A DNA stretch of 50,324 nucleotides from positions 1 to 50,324 of IMG/VR virus record IMGVR_UViG_2681813429_000008; one strand, 5' to 3'. The notes beneath the pieces were generated by a model. That model ran no database searches. It saw only the letters and a list, made by a program, of their open reading frames with translations, and was not told where the DNA came from. Shown piece by piece: positions 21,509-29,981 of the stretch. Position 1 is the stretch's first letter; every line of letters begins with the position of its first letter. This DNA is from a virus. Its lineage: Duplodnaviria; Heunggongvirae; Uroviricota; Caudoviricetes. The translations under genes and the position numbers were made by a program.

Positions 21509-21749
21509 GTCTTACCCCCAATAAGGGGATTTGCTCTATTTAATTAGGAATAAGGTCGATTACTGATAGAACAAATCCAGGCTACTGTGTTTAGTAATCA
21601 GATTTGTTCGTGACCGATATGCACGGGCAAAACGGCAGGAGGTTGTTAGCGCAACCTCATGCCACCCGCTTTCACGAGGTCATGTGTAGAAGGCCGCAGC
21701 GTAACTATCACTGATGAATTCAGGATAGCCAGTGGCTACGGCTCAGTTA

Positions 21750-21825
21750 TGGTGCTGGTTAACGGACTTGAACCGCTACCCATTCGCTTACAAGGCGACT
21801 GCTCTACCATTGGAGCTAAACCAGC
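21750..21825 (-). tRNA. tRNA with anticodon UGU (Thr-like)
   Basis: Hand-folded 76 nt cloverleaf: 7/7 bp acceptor stem (GCTGGTT/AACCAGC), D-arm GCTC/GAGC, anticodon loop CTTGTAA, T-arm with TTCAAGT loop, encoded 3' ACCA. Confidence 0.6.
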
Positions 21826-21830
21826 ATATT

Positions 21831-21905
21831 TGGCGGGACAGCGTGGACTCGAACCACGATAAGAAGGTTAACAGCCTTCCGTAATGACCTTTATACGACT
21901 GACCC
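21831..21905 (-). tRNA. tRNA-like sequence, anticodon GUU (Asn-like), degenerate
   Basis: 75 nt. Good anticodon arm (GAAGG-CTGTTAA-CCTTC) and T-arm (CGTGG-TTCGAGT-CCACG) and 3' GCCA, but acceptor stem has a T-T mismatch and D-stem only 3 bp. Confidence 0.4.
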
Positions 21906-21968
21906 AAATAAAAAAAGCCACCGTTGCAACTTAAGAGTCACTAACGGCAGCTTACCCTCTAATTATGG

Positions 21969-22487
21969 CTAAATGGCTAATTGCATGTCAAGGCTTTTAA
22001 CAGCAACATGCTTAACTTTCTCAACACGTTTACGCATTTTGAAAGCATTTTGCATTGGTTGGTACAAAACAAATAACGACGCTTTCAGGATGTCGTCAAT
22101 TTCGTTTCTACAGGTTGCCAGTGAAGGCTTTCTCCATCCCTCGCCACCACGTCCACACATCTTGCGTGGCTTTGCAGTCGCGTGATAGTAGGATGCAATT
22201 GCTCGCTTAGATGAACCATGAGCGTAGTAGCTGAGGAGGATTCCAAAGGCTTTCTTGTCAATGCACATGACGGAATCGACGACCTGAGAAATCAACATTC
22301 CATCATCATCATTACACATTGGCCTTGTCATAACTCTTCCCGGCTCTACGCTCTCCATGAACTTCGCTATTACGCTGCTCATGCGCTTTTCCAGACGACC
22401 TGAATAAACCCATGCGCCCCACAGTTCAAGCCAGCCATTCAGCCACTCGTGCTGCTCTTTGGTGAGGTTTAGTTCTCTTATGCTCAT
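21969..22487 (-). CDS. Q: Late gene antiterminator Q
   Basis: 172 aa, upstream of the lysis cassette, last gene of the nin region. Resembles Q proteins of the phage 82/21 group rather than lambda Q. Confidence 0.7.
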   Translation of the reverse strand: MSIRELNLTKEQHEWLNGWLELWGAWVYSGRLEKRMSSVIAKFMESVEPGRVMTRPMCNDDDGMLISQVVDSVMCIDKKAFGILLSYYAHGSSKRAIASYYHATAKPRKMCGRGGEGWRKPSLATCRNEIDDILKASLFVLYQPMQNAFKMRKRVEKVKHVAVKSLDMQLAI

Positions 22488-22672
22488 CGTCTTCCCCTCT
22501 TGCCTTGTTTGACCATCAGGACGCCGTTAACTATTACGTGACGCTCACCTTTGCTGTCTCGGTTGTACTTGAGCACTGTTCCTCTTGCGCAGGAAAGCAT
22601 CCTCGCCACTTCGGGCTGATTGCCTCGTGTCTGGATAAGAAGCTCTGGTATCGTTTGAATTGTGGCGTTCAT
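22484..22672 (-). CDS. ninH: NinH
   Basis: 62 aa; TIPELLIQTRGNQPEVARMLSCARGTV...IVNGVLMV resembles lambda NinH. Confidence 0.75.
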   Translation of the reverse strand: MNATIQTIPELLIQTRGNQPEVARMLSCARGTVLKYNRDSKGERHVIVNGVLMVKQGKRGRR

Positions 22673-23031
22673 ACGTTCTCCAGTTCGGTGATTTTTATTC
22701 CAAGCCGTCCGCCTGGTACTTTCACACCACGAATTACGCGAATGTCATCGAATTGCTCGTCGTCTTCCGCAAATCCGGCGTGGATAAGGGAGTCGAGTAA
22801 ACCTTTCAGGATGTTATCGAGGTCGCGGCGGCGGGAGTCTGGAACGTCTGCGATTACTTTGATGCGGAGTCGTGATTTGGTGAAAATGTCTAACTTAAGT
22901 TGGCGGATGATTTGCTGAACGTCTTTTCGGTATTTCTGGCCTTTATCGCTGATGTAGTATTGGCTTCCTCGTCTTCGCCAGTAGGTATTCACCGACGGCG
23001 GGTATGGAAGCACAAACTGATATTCGTTCAT
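22669..23031 (-). CDS. rusA: Holliday junction resolvase RusA
   Basis: 120 aa; LPYPPSVN.YW motif and catalytic DxDN region typical of RusA. Confidence 0.85.
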   Translation of the reverse strand: MNEYQFVLPYPPSVNTYWRRRGSQYYISDKGQKYRKDVQQIIRQLKLDIFTKSRLRIKVIADVPDSRRRDLDNILKGLLDSLIHAGFAEDDEQFDDIRVIRGVKVPGGRLGIKITELENV

Positions 23032-23318
23032 GGCTTAATCTTTCCCTCCTTCAGCAGTATCGCCTGCGTCCTGATCACGCCTTCGAGGTGGTAAAGTCTG
23101 GCGTCTTTGTTGTCGAGATTATGGGTGCGTCGGTCGATTTCATCGTGACACGCGCTACAAGCCCATGCGCCGATCAGGTCGTCAGGCTTCATTCCCGTTC
23201 CGCAAATTCCAGCCATCCGGTAATGTGCCAGAACTGTAGTTTCAGGATTACCATTGCATACGCCGTAAATACGTACCTGGCATTCTCTGCCGCGCGCTTC
23301 TTTGCGTAGGTTAGCCAT
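23028..23318 (-). CDS. YbcO-like (DUF1364) putative nuclease
   Basis: 96 aa; ARGRECQVRI.GVCNGNPETTVLAH...CSACHDEIDRR matches the DLP12 YbcO family as recalled. Confidence 0.7.
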   Translation of the reverse strand: MANLRKEARGRECQVRIYGVCNGNPETTVLAHYRMAGICGTGMKPDDLIGAWACSACHDEIDRRTHNLDNKDARLYHLEGVIRTQAILLKEGKIKP

Positions 23319-23523
23319 TTACCTTCCCTCGCAATTGAAGAATTGACTGAAGGTCTTTTTTAATAAATATGCGAGTGCGAATTGAGCAGTAGTTTTCCTT
23401 CATTCTGGCGTAGTAATAGTCCTTTCTTTGCTTAAGCTTGTTGGCATCCGCTGTCATCCAGTCTTTTACAGCAAACTTAATTAACCAGCGGTGGCAGAGA
23501 TACCATTTCAGGTAATCACTCAT
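23311..23523 (-). CDS. Hypothetical nin-region protein
   Basis: 70 aa AT-rich ORF with ATG start overlapping the NinF stop. Confidence 0.4.
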   Translation of the reverse strand: MSDYLKWYLCHRWLIKFAVKDWMTADANKLKQRKDYYYARMKENYCSIRTRIFIKKDLQSILQLRGKVNG

Positions 23524-23692
23524 CGTCTTCTTCCTCGTACATTGAGCTATTCGGATCGCTCATCAGTTCTGCGCAGCAGTGCTCACACATGTGAACTTCC
23601 AGCACATGCAGCTTCTGACCGCAGTTAGCGCACGTTAAAGCTCGCTCGACGCTTTCTTTCTGGTATTGAAGGGATTGGGATGGGCTAAGCAT
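23516..23692 (-). CDS. ninF: NinF (zinc-ribbon protein)
   Basis: 58 aa ORF below the ORF-track cutoff, found by manual translation: [58 protein letters not shown], near-identical to lambda NinF as recalled. Confidence 0.75.
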   Translation of the reverse strand: MLSPSQSLQYQKESVERALTCANCGQKLHVLEVHMCEHCCAELMSDPNSSMYEEEDDE

Positions 23693-24057
23693 TATTGGAT
23701 TCTCCGCATCATGAGAAAGACAATCATGGCGGCGCGAAGGGGATTTTCATGTATAGCTCGCTTAGATTTACAGTAGGCCACACCGCGTGCACCCCACTCG
23801 TCTTCATCGAGATTGATAATGCTAATCCTGTATTTTTCAATAATCGGCCATGAGTCTGCTGGGTTTGCGCATGGGTTAAAGGATCCGCGCTCAACTTCTA
23901 CTTCAACTGCGTCTCCGTTTACAATGTCTCCCTCAAATGAGACAAACACCATATCGCCATTCTCACCTTCTTTGTAATCCGGTGATCCGTTATGAATGGC
24001 TTCGAATACCGCCACGTTAATTTCAAAATCACTTAACTGTGAATAATCCATTGTCAT
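23692..24057 (-). CDS. Hypothetical nin-region protein
   Basis: Approximately 120 aa ORF between ninE and ninF; start chosen at internal Met to avoid overlap with ninE. Confidence 0.5.
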   Translation of the reverse strand: MTMDYSQLSDFEINVAVFEAIHNGSPDYKEGENGDMVFVSFEGDIVNGDAVEVEVERGSFNPCANPADSWPIIEKYRISIINLDEDEWGARGVAYCKSKRAIHENPLRAAMIVFLMMRRIQ

Positions 24058-24230
24058 TTCCTCGCACGATGTCTTAGCCACCGGATATCCCACAGGTGAG
24101 CCGTGTAGTTGAAGGTTTTTACGTCAGATTCTTTCGGGATTGGCTTGCGTTTATTTCTGGAGCGTTTCGTTGGAAGGTATTTGCAGTTTTCGCAGATGAT
24201 GTCGGTGAAACTTCGTCGCTGTCGCCTCAT
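24054..24230 (-). CDS. ninE: NinE
   Basis: Start at internal [40 protein letters not shown]..., matching lambda NinE as recalled. Confidence 0.75.
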   Translation of the reverse strand: MRRQRRSFTDIICENCKYLPTKRSRNKRKPIPKESDVKTFNYTAHLWDIRWLRHRARK

Positions 24231-24754
24231 GCCGCCCTTCTGACGCCCTGCCCGATTGCCATCAATGCCGCTTTGGATACGGTAGTAAACATCCGTCGAG
24301 GACTGATGAACGGTCGCCAAATCAGCAGCATGGAGCCTTTGCTGTTTCCCTTCTTCTCCAGCCCTGTCGATGGTTCGATAAAATTAATCCGTCCATCAGT
24401 GATAATGCGAACTTCGTCGACACTCTCCAGAGCCTTGCTGAACCATCCGACTGACATATCCTCTGGCACAAGCATAACTACCGTCTGTCGCTGTTGTATG
24501 CACTGCTCAGCGGCTTTTTCCACCCACGGCCTGATATTGCTGTACGGTGGGTTATTCCAGATTGCACCGTGGCTTACCCACTCAGAATTGAGCGCGTCGT
24601 CGGCCTCAGTTAGCCAGTGAGCGCATAAAGCATTTTTGTCGCTCGCTGCCGAATCCAGCCAGAATCCAAACTCAATATCCAGTGCATCAAAAAGCCAAAG
24701 CGGCGTTTGCCAGCAGTCCTTGTCGTGTGCTGGCGTATTTGATTTGATAGTCAT
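24227..24754 (-). CDS. DNA N6-adenine methyltransferase (phage Dam-like, orphan)
   Basis: Contains the NPPY catalytic motif ([13 protein letters not shown]). Start chosen at [11 protein letters not shown] overlapping the ninB stop. No adjacent restriction gene. Confidence 0.75.
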   Translation of the reverse strand: MTIKSNTPAHDKDCWQTPLWLFDALDIEFGFWLDSAASDKNALCAHWLTEADDALNSEWVSHGAIWNNPPYSNIRPWVEKAAEQCIQQRQTVVMLVPEDMSVGWFSKALESVDEVRIITDGRINFIEPSTGLEKKGNSKGSMLLIWRPFISPRRMFTTVSKAALMAIGQGVRRAA

Positions 24755-25194
24755 GCAGCCCGATCTCCCCATCTCGCTTTCCACTCCAGAGCCAGTCTCG
24801 CTTCGTCTGACCACTTAACGCCACGCTCTGTACCGAATGCCTGTATAAGCTCTAATAGCTCCGCAAATTCGCTTACACGCATCCTGCTGGTTGACTGGCC
24901 TATTACCACAAAGCCATTCCCGGCAAGGTTAGGAACAACGTCCTGCTGCTTTAATGCTGCGGTAAACACACACTTCCAGCTTTCTGCATCCAGCCAGCGA
25001 CCATGCCATTCAACCTGACGAGAGACGTCACCTAAGCAGGCCCATAGCTTCCTGTTTTGGTCTAAGCTGCGGTTGCGTTCCTGAATGGTTACTACGATTG
25101 GTTTGGTTGGGTCTGGAAGAATTTGCTGGATAGCTTGAATGGCGTTCTGCTGATGGATGGGGCTTCTTAGTTCAAACGTTAGTTTCCTCACCAT
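24751..25194 (-). CDS. ninB: NinB (Orf recombination mediator)
   Basis: 147 aa, near-identical to lambda NinB as recalled (...PTKPIVVTIQERNRSLDQNRKLWACLGDVSRQVEWHGRWLD...). Confidence 0.9.
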   Translation of the reverse strand: MVRKLTFELRSPIHQQNAIQAIQQILPDPTKPIVVTIQERNRSLDQNRKLWACLGDVSRQVEWHGRWLDAESWKCVFTAALKQQDVVPNLAGNGFVVIGQSTSRMRVSEFAELLELIQAFGTERGVKWSDEARLALEWKARWGDRAA

Positions 25195-25338
25195 TTACGC
25201 TCCTGTAATCGTCAAGTGCAGCTGCAATAGTCCCTATCGGGTCATGGTCTTGCCCGATAATCTCATTTACGTTTTCATCTTCTTCCACACCGAAAAAGAA
25301 TCGCAGGGCTAACATGATTTCTTCGTATGCGCTCATAC

Positions 25339-25647
25339 TCACTCCTTCACTTTGATTCCAGCGGCGCGGATAGCCTCTACATCGCTTTCGTATTGCGATT
25401 CTGCACCTGAGTCATAGCCAATGTGATAATCACCGGGAAGTGGGCCTTTCTTTGGCTTTTGCAGCTCAATCTCGATAGCTGCTCGCGATGCCTGCCATAA
25501 AGTCCACCACTCATTTAAGGAGTGACGAATATCCATGCTTGAAAATGCGAAGTACCTATCACCATTTCTTGCCTCGGTTATCATCTCGAATGGTAATCTC
25601 AATTTTTTGGCAACGTATTCCTCAAACTGCTTTCTTGATTCGCCCAT
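25339..25647 (-). CDS. Hypothetical phage protein
   Basis: 102 aa ORF in the replication/nin operon. Confidence 0.5.
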   Translation of the reverse strand: MGESRKQFEEYVAKKLRLPFEMITEARNGDRYFAFSSMDIRHSLNEWWTLWQASRAAIEIELQKPKKGPLPGDYHIGYDSGAESQYESDVEAIRAAGIKVKE

Positions 25648-25658
25648 ATCAATCCCCG

Positions 25659-25859
25659 TTATGACAGGTTAATTTTCACCCAACCCTTCCCACGCACATT
25701 TGCAACAAGCCCTTTCTTTCTCAGGTATTGCATACGGCGATCGATGGTTTCGATATACATTCCATTGCTCCGCCATTTAAGCCAGATATCAAAAACAGGT
25801 GTTGGTCTTTCACTCAGCATTGAAAGAATGTTTTGATCTAATTTTTCGTACTTGCTCAC
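25659..25859 (-). CDS. Hypothetical phage protein
   Basis: 66 aa ORF, basic. Confidence 0.45.
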   Translation of the reverse strand: MSKYEKLDQNILSMLSERPTPVFDIWLKWRSNGMYIETIDRRMQYLRKKGLVANVRGKGWVKINLS

Positions 25860-26182
25860 AAATACCCTCTCTCACTTAATCGCGCCCACGCTTCGTTAAA
25901 CTCTTCTCGAGTTGCGCCGGATTTTCTTTCTTCGAACATCATGCATTCGCTGATGTCTCCCCATGACTTTGGTCGCTTTTCAGCGAACAGATCATCCCAT
26001 TCGAATACCCAGCGGCCTGATTTTCGGTAGTGGTAAATGGTCAGCCATGTTGTGCTGTTCGCTGGATACCCATAGAGAACTTCGACTTTTTGATCACGGT
26101 CTTTATGCTTTTTCAGCAGGATAAAGCCAGCAACCAGCGAAGCTCCGGCAAGAATGATGATTGGAATTTGCCAGTCAGCCAC
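25856..26182 (-). CDS. Hypothetical membrane-anchored protein
   Basis: 108 aa with N-terminal hydrophobic segment (IPIIILAGASLVAGFILL). Confidence 0.5.
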   Translation of the reverse strand: MADWQIPIIILAGASLVAGFILLKKHKDRDQKVEVLYGYPANSTTWLTIYHYRKSGRWVFEWDDLFAEKRPKSWGDISECMMFEERKSGATREEFNEAWARLSERGYL

Positions 26183-26258
26183 ACTTCCCTCTCCCCCAAA
26201 TAAAAAGGCCTGCGATTACCAGCAGGCCTGTTACAAGCTCAGTGATGTAGATGGTCAT

Positions 26259-28139
26259 TTAATACTCCGTCACGTTTTCCTGTCGCCACGCCTCGTCATA
26301 TTCCGATTTCGGCATATTGGCGATGTAGCTATATGGCGATCCTGATTCAAGTTGCAGGAACTGGTGCGATTGCTCGTCAAGGAACAACGGGACACCACCT
26401 TCCCAACCTTCGCCGTTACGTTGTTTTTCAAGCATCAAAACAGATGCCGGAGATGCCAGTAACTGTTCGTCCTTCTCTGACATCTTTTCACCACTCTGAA
26501 CTCTCTGTAACGCTCTCTCGCGAGCCTTGTTACGCCAGATGATGAAAAGGTTGTCTGTCAGGTCTGTTATCGCTCCAGAGCCTTTTACGTCCATTTTCCC
26601 GGTTGGTTTTTCTTCGCTGTCTCCTTTTCGCGAGTGAGTAACGAGAATGACGTGGGAGTTTGTTTTGTTTTTGAAATCGCAAATCGAGTCAACAAACGCC
26701 TTCTGCCCGTTATAGTCATCGTCGCCTATGCCACATTTCATCAGGCTGTCGATGATGAATAACTGGATGCCGTATCGGCGGCGAGCGTAGTCGAATATTT
26801 CGATCAGCCTGTCGGCTTTCGCCGTTCCGGTCAGGCCAAACACCCAAAGTCTTTCGTCATAAAATTTAAATGCAGAGTCAATTTCCAGCACTGGCGGCAT
26901 CTTGCAGCACGTCGCCTGACGGGTAAGGCGCTTAAGGAGAATACCAGGCTTCAGCTCAAGTGACGCGATGCACGTCTTCACACCCTGACGCATTGCCTCA
27001 AGTGCCATATGCCCGACAACCTCCGTTTTTCCGTGACCGTTCACACCATTGACCAGCGTCAACTCTGCCTCACGGAACTGGAATTTATCTGCCAGAGATT
27101 CCCACGGTGGATTAAACAGATACTGCTGCTTGCCGTAGAAAGCGTTGATAGTGTCCTGGTAAAACTCTCGCGCGCTGTAGAGTTCTTCAGGATCGAAGTA
27201 GGATGCCGTGCCGATGTACTGCCAGATTTCATCCTCGGTAACACCGTTCATCAGGCATTCGTTGATGTCTTTGTACGGCAGAGTAACAAGACGGCAACGA
27301 TGTTCACCGAGTCGGCTTGCGATTTCCCTTGCGGCTTCACGACCAACATCATCAACGTCCATCGAGATGAATATTTCCTCAAACCTGTCGAGGTTGTGAT
27401 ACTCAAACTCAATCCACTGCTGCTTAGCGCCTTTCCCGCCACCAAACGGCACGGATAACGCCGAGATGCCGTATTGCGCATAGCTCATACAATCAATTTC
27501 GCCTTCGCAAAGTACAACCGCCCTCACGCCAGCGTCCAGAGCCTGCCATCCGAACAGACAAGGTTCGCAATCACCTTCTGCCATAATGACTTTCTTCCCG
27601 TCCGGGCGCTCAGTGCTGATTCGCTTGACCTGCAACAACTCACCATCGCGTTTGTACGGAATCACCAGAGCATCCAGTTCCCGCTCTCCATTCCACACCT
27701 TGCCGCTGACAACCTCGTAGCGCTTTACGACTTCTGGCGATATGCCACGCGATTGCAGGTACTCAAGATGGGATTCTGTTCTGGTAACGTAGCGGGCGAT
27801 TTTCTTGCGATCAGGTCTGGAGAATTTCTTCTCACGTTTGGCATCGAAATGGTGATCGTCATCCTTGATTCCGAGAAAGGCTTTCGCTTCCTGCATAGCC
27901 TGATGCAGGTTAATTCCACGACATGCCATCCACAAATCAAGCATGTCACCGCCGTCTCCCTCAGCGAAATCAGCCCATTTTTTCTTGCCGCTAAGGTTGA
28001 CCTTAAGGCTGTTTCCCTTGTCACCGTTGACGTTACCGGCAACCCACTCATGCCCCTCTTTCTTGCCGTTTGGCAACAGGTGCGGAGCCACCCTGTCAAC
28101 CTGCGCCCAAAGCAGGTCACTGAGTTCACTTGGCGTCAT
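26259..28139 (-). CDS. Bifunctional DNA primase/helicase (Toprim domain plus DnaB-like RecA-fold domain)
   Basis: 626 aa. Toprim-like acidic motifs (CEGEIDCMS, SMDVDDVGREAA) followed by Walker A (NGVNGHGKTE) and Walker B-like (LFIIDSL) motifs. Occupies the lambda P position. Confidence 0.75.
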   Translation of the reverse strand: MTPSELSDLLWAQVDRVAPHLLPNGKKEGHEWVAGNVNGDKGNSLKVNLSGKKKWADFAEGDGGDMLDLWMACRGINLHQAMQEAKAFLGIKDDDHHFDAKREKKFSRPDRKKIARYVTRTESHLEYLQSRGISPEVVKRYEVVSGKVWNGERELDALVIPYKRDGELLQVKRISTERPDGKKVIMAEGDCEPCLFGWQALDAGVRAVVLCEGEIDCMSYAQYGISALSVPFGGGKGAKQQWIEFEYHNLDRFEEIFISMDVDDVGREAAREIASRLGEHRCRLVTLPYKDINECLMNGVTEDEIWQYIGTASYFDPEELYSAREFYQDTINAFYGKQQYLFNPPWESLADKFQFREAELTLVNGVNGHGKTEVVGHMALEAMRQGVKTCIASLELKPGILLKRLTRQATCCKMPPVLEIDSAFKFYDERLWVFGLTGTAKADRLIEIFDYARRRYGIQLFIIDSLMKCGIGDDDYNGQKAFVDSICDFKNKTNSHVILVTHSRKGDSEEKPTGKMDVKGSGAITDLTDNLFIIWRNKARERALQRVQSGEKMSEKDEQLLASPASVLMLEKQRNGEGWEGGVPLFLDEQSHQFLQLESGSPYSYIANMPKSEYDEAWRQENVTEY

Positions 28140-28246
28140 GATTCCCTCAGATTGAGATTTTTAAACCAGAAATCGACAAACGAAATACTTAACCAGCCGT
28201 GGTTATAACCAGCGACCAGTAGCGATTTGATTTTTGATTTCATGGT

Positions 28247-29107
28247 TCACCTGTCGAAAAACACGTAGCCAGTTTTCGATACGGTGATTGCGGATGATGG
28301 TTTGGATTGTGGTTGAATAGTTTCTGGCTTCTCGTCGTTCCAGCGCTGACCGTTCAGGTAGCTCGATGGTAACAACCTGTCGAATCCGAACTGCTTACCA
28401 TTCCTGCATGCGATGTCTTCTGCCAGCATCGTGGCAAACTCGCTTGCCGTACCCCTGGTAGTTTTACGCCATTCCCTGAACTGTGTTCTGAATGCCGAAG
28501 CTGCGTTTTTCTTCCCGGCTTTCCGCATGCCTGCACACCAGAATATTTCCTCGAATGCCTTGTCGGTTTCTTCGTGACGGTCAGGTGATTTTTCACACTC
28601 CGTCCGAACACTTTCGGACATAGTGTTTTTATTATTTCTTTTTTCTTTTGTAATAGTTTCTTTTGTGTGTCCCTGTTTTGGTGACAGCGCTGTCACCGTT
28701 TTGGTGACACTTTTTGTCACCAATGCAGTGACATTATCACCAGAGTAGTGACACCCTTCGATTTGCCATTCCTCGATGTTCTTGTTAGGCCCGATTTGCT
28801 GGCCTTCGCGAAGGATAACCTTCATCGCGATAAGCTCATTCTTGGCCTTGTTTACCTTCTGTCTTGGCAGCCTGGTAATTTGAGCTAACTGACTATCAGA
28901 GATGCGATCCATCTTTTTACCGTAGCCGTATGTTTTACGGCATATGGCGTGGGCAACCTTGCTCTGATTTTTCGTTAAATCTGCGCCGATAAGCTCTTCA
29001 TACAGGGCATTTGCAAGACGGGTATAACCATCTTCAACTTCTGCCACACGACGCTCCACAGGCCGTTGTGAAGGCCTTAAATGTGTTACGGTTGCAAGAT
29101 TACTCAT
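28247..29107 (-). CDS. Replication initiator O-like protein
   Basis: 286 aa. N-terminal domain resembles lambda O ([49 protein letters not shown]). Gene contains an iteron cluster. Confidence 0.8.
   Translation of the reverse strand: MSNLATVTHLRPSQRPVERRVAEVEDGYTRLANALYEELIGADLTKNQSKVAHAICRKTYGYGKKMDRISDSQLAQITRLPRQKVNKAKNELIAMKVILREGQQIGPNKNIEEWQIEGCHYSGDNVTALVTKSVTKTVTALSPKQGHTKETITKEKRNNKNTMSESVRTECEKSPDRHEETDKAFEEIFWCAGMRKAGKKNAASAFRTQFREWRKTTRGTASEFATMLAEDIACRNGKQFGFDRLLPSSYLNGQRWNDEKPETIQPQSKPSSAITVSKTGYVFFDR
28620..28760. repeat. Phage origin of replication: GGTGACA/TGTCACC iterons plus adjacent AT-rich tract inside the O gene
   Basis: At least six copies of GGTGACA or its complement in alternating orientation (~28679-28754), followed in the O transcription direction by an AT-rich stretch (~28621-28660). 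Confidence 0.7.
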
Positions 29108-29278
29108 GACCTTTCTCCTTCTGCATCAGCTTCACTTTTTCCAACTCAGCCCGGAATCGACCAGGCTGCTTGAAGCTGGACAGGAAGCGATCACGTAGTA
29201 TGTGTTTGTGAATTTTGTCCTGGTAAGGACTGAGTTGTTTTGTCATAATTACTCCTGTGGATTGATCCAGTAATGACC

Positions 29279-29572
29279 TCAGAATTCCATCTGGATTTGT
29301 TCAGAACGCTCGGTTGCCGCCGGGCGTTTTTTATTGGTGAGAATCGAAGCAACTTGTCGTGCCAATCGAGCCATGTCGTCGTCAACGACACCCCATTCAA
29401 GAACAGCAAGCAGCATTGAGAACTTTGGAATCCAGTCCCTCTTCCACCTGCTGATCTGCGACTTATCAACTCCCACAGCTTCCGCTGTCTTCTCAGTTCC
29501 AAGCATTGCGATTTTGTTAAGCAACGCACTCTCGATTCTTAGAGCCTCGTTGCGTTTGTTTGCACGAACCAT
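29279..29572 (-). CDS. cII: Transcriptional activator cII
   Basis: 97 aa, near-identical to lambda CII as recalled ([51 protein letters not shown]...). Confidence 0.95.
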   Translation of the reverse strand: MVRANKRNEALRIESALLNKIAMLGTEKTAEAVGVDKSQISRWKRDWIPKFSMLLAVLEWGVVDDDMARLARQVASILTNKKRPAATERSEQIQMEF

Positions 29573-29630
29573 ATGTAAGTATTTCCTTAACTAATAAGGA
29601 GTTATGCGCATCAACTTATGCGCGTTGTAT

Positions 29631-29674
29631 TCCCGCATTTCGGCGGGAATGAGGACCATGACTGTTAAAGAGCG
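29631..29674 (-). promoter_or_regulatory. nutR (boxA CGCTCTTTA plus boxB hairpin)
   Basis: On the minus strand: CGCTCTTTA, then 17 nt, then hairpin CCCGCCGAAATGCGGG, between cro and cII. The identical boxB occurs downstream of PL. Confidence 0.65.
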
Positions 29675-29680
29675 GTGTTA

Positions 29681-29881
29681 CTATTTGTTTTTCTTGTTGC
29701 TTGGGAAAGGACGAACTTCCTCTCCAATCACACTGCCATCAGGCTTTACCGTAACCATAATGTTACGGCCTGCCAGAATGGCCTTGCTGATAGCGCACTG
29801 GATTACACCAAAGTCACTGGCTGCTTTAGCCTGTCCATGGATTTTGGCGTAATCGGCAAGTGTCATTCGAATCATATGCAC
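29681..29881 (-). CDS. cro: Cro repressor
   Basis: Resembles lambda Cro ([53 protein letters not shown]). True start probably 2-5 codons inside the ORF. Confidence 0.9.
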   Translation of the reverse strand: MHMIRMTLADYAKIHGQAKAASDFGVIQCAISKAILAGRNIMVTVKPDGSVIGEEVRPFPSNKKNK

Positions 29882-29906
29882 TCTCCGTTATTAACCATGA
29901 ATAAAG

Positions 29907-29970
29907 AATACTACAGGTATTCAAAGCAATCAATACTCAGGGTATTTTTAGTTTAAGTACCTTAGCTATT
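29907..29970. promoter_or_regulatory. OR operator region: three 15-bp sites AATAC-N5-GTATT (PR/PRM)
   Basis: Sites at ~29907-29921 (AATACTACAGGTATT), ~29932-29946 (AATACTCAGGGTATT) and a degenerate third ~29956-29970, spaced 24-25 bp, between divergent cro and cI. Confidence 0.65.
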
Positions 29971-29981
29971 AGAATTAAGCT

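Noticed and set aside
21540-21750. Possible third tRNA between the tRNA pair and the holin gene
   Set aside because: No cloverleaf with a T-loop and paired acceptor stem could be folded by hand; only isolated inverted repeats were found.
29217-29245. oop-like antisense RNA terminator opposite the cII 3' region
   Set aside because: The hairpin (GTCCT-GGTA-AGGAC) is only 5 bp with a weak T-run. Plausible by analogy with lambda but not supported well enough to annotate.
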